A stretch of 63,315 bases of DNA, the filler included, from an uncultured bacterium (GTDB lineage: Bacteria > CAZSTA01): assembly GCA_964609495.1 (NCBI GenBank). It is 18 parts of 18 records of this genome, joined end to end, with 100 filler letters (N's around TTAATTAATTAA, not from the genome) between each part and the next. Parts side by side here need not be neighbours in the genome. Positions count along the whole stretch, not along the records: positions 29,952 to 33,525 come from CAZSTA010000276.1; positions 33,626 to 37,021 come from CAZSTA010000277.1; positions 37,122 to 40,507 come from CAZSTA010000278.1; positions 40,608 to 43,919 come from CAZSTA010000280.1; 14 more parts are not named here. One strand, 5' to 3'. A program made the translations under genes and the position numbers. Positions 31,839-40,663 of the stretch are shown one piece after another. Numbering within the stretch: the stretch's first letter is position 1; each line of letters begins with the position of its first letter. The notes beneath the pieces are model-generated. The model saw nothing but the letters and a program-made list of their open reading frames with translations. It was not told the DNA's origin and searched no databases.

Positions 31839-33059
31839 ATGCTCAAATCTTTCCGCTTTAAAATTATCTTACTCATTTTGTTTATAGGAACTATCTCTAT
31901 TCTCTTTATATCGTTAGCTAAAGCTGATGATATAGATACTCAAATAGAAAAGAAGCAGAAGGAATTAGAGGATGTGAAAAAGGAGATTCAGCTGAGTGAA
32001 AAAGAGCTTCGGGATAAGCAGGAAAAAGAGCGGAAACTTCTCCAGGAACTTGAGATAACCGAAAATAGGTTAGAGCAAGCTATAAGGAATCTCAATGACA
32101 TTGCTGATCAGATAACTAGGGTAAGGGATGAGGCAGAGGTTATAAGGGGTAAGCTAGAGGATGCGGAGGCTAAGCTCCAGAGACGAGAGGAGATCTTGAA
32201 GACTAGGTTAAGGGAGGTATATAAGCATAGAACGGTAAGTTATATCGGAGTGATTCTCAAAGCCGATAGCTTTTCAGATTTTATAAATAGATATCGTTAT
32301 CTGAAGCTAGTTCTAGAACATGATTCAGAATTGGTTGAAGACGTTATGTTGGAGAAGAAGCATTGGTCGGATTCAAAAGCAGAGTTGGAAGCTAAGGAGA
32401 AGGAATTGCTCGCACTTCAGGGGATATATGAGCGGGATAAGAAGAAGGTAGAGGCTCAGGCTAGTGCTAAAAGGGGGTTATTGAACGAAGTGCATTCTCA
32501 AAAAGCCACCTATCAAGCGCTAGTAGCTAGCTTAAATAAAGCTTCCCAAGAGCTGGAGAGGATGGTTACCATACTCCAGCAGGAGGCTGAGGAGAGGAGG
32601 AAGGACGAGGCTAAGAGAGATGCTGGCAATGGGGGTAAGGTTGTTGTCCCTAAACTTCCCTCTAAAAGTCCTTCGGTGCTGATGTGGCCGGTGAAAGGCA
32701 AAGTAGTTAAGAGGTTTGGAAAATATAAAGATGTGAAGTATGGGACGATAACCTTCAATAAAGGCCTTGATATAGAGGCTTCTGAGGGGACGAAAGTAGT
32801 TTCTGCTGCCGATGGGATAGTTCTTTATAATAAAACTATTCCCTATACCGGCTATGGGCAGATCATTATGATCGAGCATGGAGGGGGATTAGTTACCGTT
32901 TATGCTCATCTATTATCTGTAGCGGTGGAGATCAACCAAGAAGTTAAGAAGGGAGAGATTATCGGTCGAGTGGGGTCAACGGGATATACCGCTAAGCCTA
33001 AGCTCCACTTTGAGGTGAGGGTAAGGGGCACAGCAGTCGATCCTATGAAGTATCTCTGA
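31839..33059 (+). CDS. EnvC-like coiled-coil M23 murein hydrolase activator
   Basis: Signal peptide, long coiled coil, M23 domain with NKGLD in place of HxGxD, LHFEVR. Confidence 0.88.
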   Translation: MLKSFRFKIILLILFIGTISILFISLAKADDIDTQIEKKQKELEDVKKEIQLSEKELRDKQEKERKLLQELEITENRLEQAIRNLNDIADQITRVRDEAEVIRGKLEDAEAKLQRREEILKTRLREVYKHRTVSYIGVILKADSFSDFINRYRYLKLVLEHDSELVEDVMLEKKHWSDSKAELEAKEKELLALQGIYERDKKKVEAQASAKRGLLNEVHSQKATYQALVASLNKASQELERMVTILQQEAEERRKDEAKRDAGNGGKVVVPKLPSKSPSVLMWPVKGKVVKRFGKYKDVKYGTITFNKGLDIEASEGTKVVSAADGIVLYNKTIPYTGYGQIIMIEHGGGLVTVYAHLLSVAVEINQEVKKGEIIGRVGSTGYTAKPKLHFEVRVRGTAVDPMKYL

Positions 33060-33093
33060 GTTGGGAAGATCGTAATTAGAAAGGGGTGGGTGA

Positions 33094-33525
33094 ATGAGGA
33101 GTAAAATCTTCTATACTTTAGCTATTTTGATTATCGCAATTATCCTGACGGGTTTCTTCTCCGCTCTAAATTTTGAGTCAGGTAGGATATCCGTTGAGAT
33201 AACCGAGGCTAATACCGAGGAAGAAACGTATCATATAAAGATAGTTAAGTTGGAGAATATCGTTAAGTATAGAGCAGATGAGCTATTAGGAATTCCTACC
33301 GAGGAGGATGTAGGAGCATTGATAAATAATGATGAAGTTGTCTCATCTTCAAGTGAAAGGGGGGAATCTCATCAGGATACAGATCGAATAGGTAAAAAGA
33401 TAACTCAGCCCCGAATAGCTATCATCATAGATGATCTTGGCTACGGAAGTAGAGGGACTGAGGAGATGATAAACTTCCCCCGTCCCTTAACTCTTTCGAT
33501 ACTCCCTCTAGTCACTTATTCTACA
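33094..33525 (+). CDS. Divergent polysaccharide deacetylase, 3' truncated
   Basis: RIAIIIDDLG...PLTLSILP; typical neighbour of envC. Confidence 0.85.
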
Positions 33526-33625
33526 NNNNNNNNNNNNNNNNNNNNNNNNNNNNNNNNNNNNNNNNNNNNTTAATTAATTAANNNNNNNNNNNNNNNNNNN
33601 NNNNNNNNNNNNNNNNNNNNNNNNN

Positions 33626-34928
33626 CCTAGCCACGCCCACAGTTGATATCGGGTATAACTTCGATAAGATGAACAAGAGGCGTCAGAATATAGATTATCT
33701 CTTCTTTGATGCTCGTTTCTCCGATGAATTTCTGCAAAGGATGGGACGAGCGGGTAGGGTTCTAAGTAAGGAACAAAACGATACTCCGAGTTATACCTTT
33801 GCCGCGACCGATCAGAGTTTGCTTTCGCTCCTTGGAGAGGAGGGAGAAGAGGAATACACTAGGGAGGATTTCGCCGACCTGGTTAGACAGGGATTGCCGA
33901 TTAAGAATGAGCTTCGAAACTATATAGAATCTTACGCCATCCTAGAGTGCTTCAGACCGATCTACGAGATGGAGAGGATAATGCCTCCCGAACTTCAAGA
34001 GAGCTTGAATGCTCTTTTCAAGCGAGTAAAGGAGGTCTATGCAGATCAGAGTAGGGACGAGTATTGGCATCTTAGGAGCAAGATCGCTAAGTTCAAGAAG
34101 CAGGAGAGATTTCTCGCAGAGAAGAAGAATGATGACTTACTTAGGGAGTTCACCCAAGATTATCTTTCGAAGCTGGGTCCTAAGGATATCTCTCCTGATA
34201 CTGTAGAAAGGATCTATCAGAAGGTCTTCACTGATAAGAGGCAAAGGGGAAAGATAAAGGAATTCGTTGAGCAAGAATATTATACCACCAGAGCGCTATT
34301 CAGCTTCCGCGATTCCTTCCAGGGCCCACAGGCGATCGTATATGATCCTTATCATCTCCTCTCAGATTCGGACTTTGCAAAGTATGATCTCTTGCATATA
34401 ATCTGTAACTATGAATACGACCCTTATAGTAGGGAGGATTTCAGGAAGCATTTTGGGAGACCGCTTGATGACAAAGATATTGATTTCTTCTTCAAGCTGG
34501 AAGACTTCGTTGATATCAGGTTAAATCCCCTCTTTGTCTATGGGGAAGGTGATTTGACTAAAGAGGATTTCGAGAAGCGCTATTGGGGGAAGCCAATGGC
34601 TATCAAAGGATTGGAGCTATCCCTTCAAAACCCCAAGAATAAACTCCTTTTTCCCATCCGCCCAAAGATAAAGGATGCCTTTAAGGACAATTACATAGTC
34701 TGTTTGATCATCAGATATGAAGATCGAGGCTATCTATATAATCGCCTGAGGGGAAAAGACATCATAATTCGAGAATTAAAAGTGAGGCTCGATGAGGGAG
34801 AGAGGGATTATGAGCTTATCTTGGGAACTAATGCCTTTCTAGCCCACGCGGAGCTTAAAAGATATTTATATGCTATGAAGAAGAAGGGTGCGAGCGCAAG
34901 CCAAGAGGATACTTTCATAATTTGCTAA
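33626..34928 (+). CDS. cas3: Type I-D Cas3' helicase, C-terminal part
   Basis: ATPTVDIGYNF, FLQRMGRAGR, FSFRDSF; directly followed by cas6 and cas4. Confidence 0.8.
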
Positions 34929-34943
34929 GGGAGGTGATCAGCG

Positions 34944-35786
34944 ATCTTATATAGCACTGTGATTCAGATCCATTCTGAGGAGGATGTGAACTTTAATCCA
35001 GCTAAAGGGGAATGTATCTACTCCCTCTTCTTTGAAATTCTGGATGAGATCGATCCCGAGCTGGCTAAGAAGTTACACGATTCTACTAGTTCTAAACCCT
35101 TTACTGTCTCTCCTCTTCAAGCTAAGTATGTAAGGAGAGAGGGAGAACTATTTATCCCTAAAGGATACAGATGTTGGTTTCGCTTTACTTTGCTAGATGA
35201 TTTCATCTTCCAGCAGATGATAAGATACTTCCTGCGCTCGGAGGTGAACATCGAGCTTGAGGGAAAGAAATTTCAGATCGATGAGGTCGTCTCTGCTCCT
35301 GTAGATAAAATTCCCTGGAGTGGATACAGTGATTGGGAGCTACTATATGAGCAAGCTGAACCTCACCAGAAGATCAGATTGAAATTCTTTTCCCCTACTA
35401 CCTTTCGGAAGAAGGATATCAATTATCTCTTGCCAGATCCTCAATTGGTCTTTGGGAATTTACTTTCAAGATGGAATAACTTCTCCAAGATAAAGATGGA
35501 GGAGGAGCTGGAGGATTTCATCGCGGAGAGGATAATAGTTTCGAGAATCACTGGGTTGAGGACGAAAACGATGCACTTTTTTAATGGGATCCAGATCGGT
35601 TTTATCGGGGAGTGTGAATTTGAGATCAGGAAGGCGGAGAGCGATAAGGAGTGGAGTAAGAGGATAAATACTCTAGCTGATTTCGCTTTCTACTCCGGGG
35701 TTGGCTATAAGACGACTATGGGGATGGGACAGACAAGGCGAATACGAATGCGTAACACTCCGATAGGGGTGAAGCGAAATGAATGA
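34944..35786 (+). CDS. cas6: CRISPR endoribonuclease Cas6
   Basis: LHD..SKPFTVS, FFSPTTF, FAFYSGVGYKTTMGMG. Confidence 0.95.
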   Translation: MLYSTVIQIHSEEDVNFNPAKGECIYSLFFEILDEIDPELAKKLHDSTSSKPFTVSPLQAKYVRREGELFIPKGYRCWFRFTLLDDFIFQQMIRYFLRSEVNIELEGKKFQIDEVVSAPVDKIPWSGYSDWELLYEQAEPHQKIRLKFFSPTTFRKKDINYLLPDPQLVFGNLLSRWNNFSKIKMEEELEDFIAERIIVSRITGLRTKTMHFFNGIQIGFIGECEFEIRKAESDKEWSKRINTLADFAFYSGVGYKTTMGMGQTRRIRMRNTPIGVKRNE

Positions 35787-36093
35787 TAGATATATGATCC
35801 CTTTCTATGCGCTTAATACCTATGTCTATTGCCGACGTCGCTTTTATTACGAATATATTCTTCACGAATGGGAGGATAATTATCATACGATAGAGGGTGA
35901 ACTTCAACATAAGCGAGTGCATCAGGTAGGAACTCAAAAAGTGAGAGGAAGATTTCATAACCGAAGTGTGGAGATATCCTCAGATAGATTGGGATTATAT
36001 GGGGTGGTGGATTTAATAGAAAAAAGTTCTGGAGCGGTCTTTCCCGTTGAGTATAAGAAAGGTAGGATGAGCGATTGGAAAAACGCACGTTAG
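35779..36093 (+). pseudogene. cas4: Cas4, truncated after motif III
   Basis: YVYCRR, GVVDLIE, PVEYKKG present; QxxxY and the C-terminal three Cys are missing. Confidence 0.88.
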
Positions 36094-36160
36094 AACCTTC
36101 GCAAACTATTGAATCTACTGAACTTACAGCTTCCCCCTCCCCTGTTAAATTAGTTTGGCT
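36085..36160 (+). promoter_or_regulatory. Putative CRISPR leader remnant
   Basis: 76-bp segment belonging to neither flanking gene; CCTTCGCAAA box, TGTTAAAT -10-like; ends in GCT. Confidence 0.45.
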
Positions 36161-36526
36161 CGGCTTTTTGTGATCTGCACAAATTTCAACTCCATCCATC
36201 GGACCTCTTCCACAGACAACACATCGATAATTATCTCTCTCAAAAATTTGTTTCTTTACTTCGGGAGGAAAATCCCATAATTCAATCTTATGTGCATAAT
36301 CCGGATCATATTTATAAACGCCTTTCCTTACTTTAATGAGTTTTCCCTCTTGATGTAATCTTCGTATTTCTCTCCAAGGATCTCGCGGTGGTTCAGGATG
36401 CTCTTTTAGATATTGCTTTGTAACCCAATCAACAACTGGTCCATGTCTGAATTCTCTATTAGGATGATTTTGAAAAAACTCCATGATTAATTCACTAATT
36501 GATTTAGGCATTTGCTCACTCTTCAT
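36161..36526 (-). pseudogene. HNH restriction endonuclease, truncated inside the HNH motif
   Basis: FERDNYRCVVCG..ADHKKP then unrelated read-through; overlaps the MTase stop. Confidence 0.75.
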
Positions 36527-37021
36527 AAAATTGTAGTTGTCTTTCCATAATCCTTGCTTCCTTCATCAACCTTTGTTTTGCAAGTTCACAATATTTTGAA
36601 TCGATGTCAACACCAATGCCCTTCCTATTATTTAAATAAGCCGCTATTAATGTTGAGCCACTTCCCATAAATGGGTCCAAGACGGTATCACCAACAAAGC
36701 TAAACAATTTTATACATCGCCTTGGTAATTCGATAGGGAATGGAGCGGGATGTCCTACTCGTTTTTTACTTTCTCCCGGAAAAGTCCAAAGACCATTCGT
36801 CCACTCCATAAATTCTTCCTTACTAATATCAGATTTTTTACTACCACTAGTTTTCTTCCATCGTTTTTTGTATAAAATTACAATAAGTTCAATAGGAGCG
36901 ATAACATAAGGAGCAGATGCACTTAACCAAGAACCCCAAGCTGTTCTTCTTGATATATTTCCTTCATTCCAAACAATCGTAGAATGATATTTCCAGCCTA
37001 TCTCCTTCGCAATAGTTGTAA
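36516..37021 (-). CDS. Site-specific N4/N6 DNA methyltransferase (beta class), 5' truncated
   Basis: WNEGNISRRTAWGSW, HPAPFP, VLDPFMGSGST; frame open to contig end. Confidence 0.92.
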
Positions 37022-37122
37022 NNNNNNNNNNNNNNNNNNNNNNNNNNNNNNNNNNNNNNNNNNNNTTAATTAATTAANNNNNNNNNNNNNNNNNNNNNNN
37101 NNNNNNNNNNNNNNNNNNNNNA

Positions 37123-39651
37123 TATGAGGTATGGCCGATAGCTACCGGGGAGGAGGCTCTACAGAGACTTCAAAATGACGAAGTGGATATAATATTCACT
37201 GACCTGAAGATGCCTGGTCTGGGGGGAATGGAGGTCCTCAAACAGACAAAGGCGCTCAAGCCTGATGTTATAGTCATTATGATCACCGCTTATGGAACAA
37301 TCGATAACGCAGTAGGAGCTATAAAGGCTGGTGCTTATGATTACATAACCAAGCCCTTCGATATGGACGAGATAAACGCGGTTACCAAACGAGCCCTGGA
37401 GGCTAAGGAAAGAGCCGAGCAGATGGAAATGGTGAAGAAGATAACTCAAGCTCTGACCTCTAACCTCAATATCGCTGAGATATTCGAAATTATAATATCG
37501 GAGGCTAAGCAATTATTAAACTTCGATAGGGCTAGTGTCGCTCTCTTAGAGGATAATAAAGACAGACTTAAAATATTCGCTCTAGCTAATCCTTTTGAGA
37601 CAAAATTGGGACAAGGTGATATCTTACCTAAAGATGGCTCTAGCGTGGGGTGGGTAGTGACTTACCGGAAGCCACTTATCTACAGGGATTTGAGAGAGGA
37701 AGGTTGCTTTGTTGATGATGCTATCCTCCTGGAGGAGAGGATGAGATCCTTGATATGTGTTCCCCTTCTCGCGAAGGGAAGAGCTATTGGAGCTTTTACC
37801 TTGAGCAGTAGGGAACCATATTCCTATACCGACCGAGATCTCGATATACTGGAGCAAATCGCAGGTCAGACAGCCATAGCCATTGAAAACGCCAAACTGT
37901 TTTATGAGACTAACCGCCGGGCAACCGAGTTAGCTACTCTCAATGCTATCACCTCGGTCGTTAATCGCTCTCTTGATCTAGATGAGATCCTAAACGATAC
38001 TTTAGATAAGGTATTAGAACTGGGGGAGTTTGAAGGAGGAGGAATACATCTTATCGAGGCGGCGGATAACATCTTATTGTTGAAATCTCAACGTGGCTTA
38101 TCTAAAGAGCTATCTTCTCTCTGGACAGAGCTATCCCTAGGGCAAGCCCTCCCCGGTCTAGCGTTTGAAAGGGAGGAACTCCTCACCATTGAAGATCTTC
38201 TCATTGATGAAGCTCTCTCTCATATAGCTTTGAATAAGAGAGCTTTTCGTTCTATAGCTTGTATTCCTATCTTCTCTCAGGATAAACTTTTAGGAATGAT
38301 GAGCATAATTAGCCAAAAACCTCATCATTTTCTTCCCCAAGAGATACAATTGCTGAAAGCTATAGGCGATCATATGGGCATAGCGATAGAGAATGCTCAG
38401 CTTTTCGAGAGTGCCACTAAGCAGTTAAAACAGATATCTAGTCTTCAAGCGGTGGGAACTGCGATCGTCAGCGTTTTAGATATAGAGGATGTTCTAAATT
38501 TGATAACTCAAGAGGCGGCAAATCTTCTCTCCGCTGAGGGTGGAGTGCTGACTCTCTTAAACGAGACCAAGAGCTGGCTCGAGGTGGTATCCACCTCAGC
38601 CCTTGGAGATACCTTCCTGAAAAAACGAATGTCTCTAGAGAATAGCCTCAATGGTTGGGTGATCCTACATGGTCAGCCTCAGATCTTCAATGAAGTTCTC
38701 ACCGATTCTCGAGGTGAGGCCGAGGCTGTAGCTGAAATCGGGATCAGAACCGCAGTTATAGCTCCTCTGGTAGTTAAGGGGCAGATTATAGGGAGCCTCG
38801 CTGTTCTTAATAAAAGAGGAAAGGATAAAAGATTCAAACCAGAAGATCAATATCTACTCAGCACCTTTGCTAATCAGGCTTCCATCGCTATCGACAACGC
38901 TCACCTTTACTCAAGTTTGCAAAAAGCGAACGAGGAACTTAAGACAAGAGCGAAAGCCAAGACCGAATTAATCAACGTAATAAGCCATCAAATGAGCAAT
39001 CTTATTATGATAATTCGAAGCTCCAGTGAGTTGCTGAAGAACAGAAAGACAAGAGAAGGAGAGTTGAATGAAAGACAGCTCAACTTTGTTGACAAGATTC
39101 ATGATTCGGCTATAAAGCAGAATGATTTCATCGAAAATCTACTAAGACTATCTAGGCTAGAGGAAAATATGGAGGAGCTGAATTTATCTTCGGTCTCTTT
39201 GGACTCAGTTATAAACAGAGTTGCCTCCGCTCTATCTCCTGTGGCTGAGGAAAGGGAGATATCTTTATCAATAGATATTCACTCGCCTCTTCCCTCAGCT
39301 ATAGCAGATGAGGATAAGGTATATGAGATCTTGAGCAATATTCTTTCCAACGCTCTAAAATTCACTGAGCCTGGAGGAAAGGTGACGATATCGGCCGAGT
39401 ATATTGGGGGGAGCGAGGTAATGATTGGTGTTAGTGACACTGGAGTCGGAATCCCCAAGCAGAGCTTAGATAAGATCTTCGATAAGTTTACGAGAGCGGA
39501 GCTTCCCTCGTCGGAGCGAATTTATAAAGGAGCAGGATTAGGACTTACTATAGCTAAGAGGTTAGTCGAAATACAAAGAGGTAGAATCTGGGCGGAAAGC
39601 GAGGTTGACAAGGGTAGCACCTTCTACTTTACTTTACCGAAATACTCTTAA
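37123..39651 (+). CDS. Hybrid sensor REC-GAF-GAF-GAF-HisKA-HATPase, 5' truncated
   Basis: DLKMP receiver, three AI(E/D)NA-ended GAF domains, SHQ H-box, NALKFT, GAGLGL. Confidence 0.92.
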   Translation, partial: YEVWPIATGEEALQRLQNDEVDIIFTDLKMPGLGGMEVLKQTKALKPDVIVIMITAYGTIDNAVGAIKAGAYDYITKPFDMDEINAVTKRALEAKERAEQMEMVKKITQALTSNLNIAEIFEIIISEAKQLLNFDRASVALLEDNKDRLKIFALANPFETKLGQGDILPKDGSSVGWVVTYRKPLIYRDLREEGCFVDDAILLEERMRSLICVPLLAKGRAIGAFTLSSREPYSYTDRDLDILEQIAGQTAIAIENAKLFYETNRRATELATLNAITSVVNRSLDLDEILNDTLDKVLELGEFEGGGIHLIEAADNILLLKSQRGLSKELSSLWTELSLGQALPGLAFEREELLTIEDLLIDEALSHIALNKRAFRSIACIPIFSQDKLLGMMSIISQKPHHFLPQEIQLLKAIGDHMGIAIENAQLFESATKQLKQISSLQAVGTAIVSVLDIEDVLNLITQEAANLLSAEGGVLTLLNETKSWLEVVSTSALGDTFLKKRMSLENSLNGWVILHGQPQIFNEVLTDSRGEAEAVAEIGIRTAVIAPLVVKGQIIGSLAVLNKRGKDKRFKPEDQYLLSTFANQASIAIDNAHLYSSLQKANEELKTRAKAKTELINVISHQMSNLIMIIRSSSELLKNRKTREGELNERQLNFVDKIHDSAIKQNDFIENLLRLSRLEENMEELNLSSVSLDSVINRVASALSPVAEEREISLSIDIHSPLPSAIADEDKVYEILSNILSNALKFTEPGGKVTISAEYIGGSEVMIGVSDTGVGIPKQSLDKIFDKFTRAELPSSERIYKGAGLGLTIAKRLVEIQRGRIWAESEVDKGSTFYFTLPKYS

Positions 39652-39682
39652 ATGATACTTCCTCAAGAGGTAACATTTGAAA

Positions 39683-39781
39683 AAAGGAGGTCTTTAATCC
39701 CCCGGATCAAAATTTCAATTCCTCAGTTTCAATTCCTCAGGCGGAATTATCGTTATTTCAGCCGGATCAAAAACCTCCTTT
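39683..39781. terminator. Bidirectional terminator-like hairpin interrupted by a CRISPR-like repeat
   Basis: AAAGGAGGTCTTTAATCC pairs with GGATCAAAAACCTCCTTT, between convergent genes. Confidence 0.6.
39726..39762 (-). CRISPR. Solitary 37-bp CRISPR-like repeat plus a 14-bp partial copy; no spacers
   Basis: GCTGAAATAACGATAATTCCGCCTGAGGAATTGAAAC: AATTCC/GGAATT stem, ATTGAAAC 3' end. Confidence 0.6.
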
Positions 39782-39799
39782 ACGCTACCAATCTATTAC

Positions 39800-40363
39800 T
39801 TACCTGGTAAAGATCGGAAGCTCCTCCAGATACTCAAGGGGTTCATTATAGGGACTCTCTTCCTTCAGCACCGCTGCGATACAAACTATATTACCTCCTA
39901 ACTTCTCTATCACTCGCTTTAGCGCCTCTACCGTCCCTCCAGTAGAGACCACATCATCGACTATAGCGATCCTCTTCCCCTCTATCTTCCCCCGATCGTT
40001 TCCATCTATAACATATTTCTGCTCTCCAGCAGTAGTGATCGACTGTCCCACATCAACTATAGGATCCTGCATATAAGCCTTAACATCCTTTCTCACTATC
40101 ACAAAATCCTTCGTCCTCATAATCTCGGCTATCTTATAAGCGAGAGGGATAGCCTTTGCCTCCACCGTAACAATGGTGTCAAAATCGTAATTCTTTAATC
40201 TTTCGACAAGCTCTTGAGCACAAGCATTAAGAAGCTCAATATCGGTATAGGAGATGAAAGCAGCGATCCAAAGACCATCGGTTACTGGTAAAATGGGAAG
40301 CTGACGAGTGAATCCAGCTACTTTCAATTCATAGGTCTTTTGACCCTCATATCTAATGGGCAA
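39800..40363 (-). CDS. Type I phosphoribosyltransferase (adenine PRT-like)
   Basis: IVDDVVSTGGT PRPP loop; TTG start after GGAGG. Confidence 0.9.
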   Translation of the reverse strand: MPIRYEGQKTYELKVAGFTRQLPILPVTDGLWIAAFISYTDIELLNACAQELVERLKNYDFDTIVTVEAKAIPLAYKIAEIMRTKDFVIVRKDVKAYMQDPIVDVGQSITTAGEQKYVIDGNDRGKIEGKRIAIVDDVVSTGGTVEALKRVIEKLGGNIVCIAAVLKEESPYNEPLEYLEELPIFTR

Positions 40364-40436
40364 ATAAAACACCTCCTTTATATTCAGGGGGATTTACCGA
40401 TAATTAGAGTATCCATCTTCTCTTAAATGTAACGAA

Positions 40437-40507
40437 CTTCCGCCTCACCCTACCCTCTCCCACGAGGGGAGAGGGGACACTGAGATTGAACTGAAGCCCT
40501 GTAGTCC
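40437..40507 (-). repeat. REP-like repeat family A
   Basis: Reverse copy with the same linker as 29952; at contig end. Confidence 0.9.
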
Positions 40508-40607
40508 NNNNNNNNNNNNNNNNNNNNNNNNNNNNNNNNNNNNNNNNNNNNTTAATTAATTAANNNNNNNNNNNNNNNNNNNNNNNNNNNNNNNNNNNNN
40601 NNNNNNN

Positions 40608-40646
40608 TAGGTGAGGAGGTTCTATACGTAGAAGCCTCCCCACCTA
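40608..40646. terminator. Hairpin downstream of SBP gene
   Basis: TAGGTGAGGAGGTTCTA pairs imperfectly with TAGAAGCCTCCCCACCTA. Confidence 0.5.
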
Positions 40647-40663
40647 TATTCCTCTACTTACTT

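Noticed and set aside
35813-36160. 237-aa HNH ORF overlapping cas4 as a novel Cas-linked fusion
   Set aside because: Its C-terminal half is read-through into the junction segment and antisense cas4 after a truncation.
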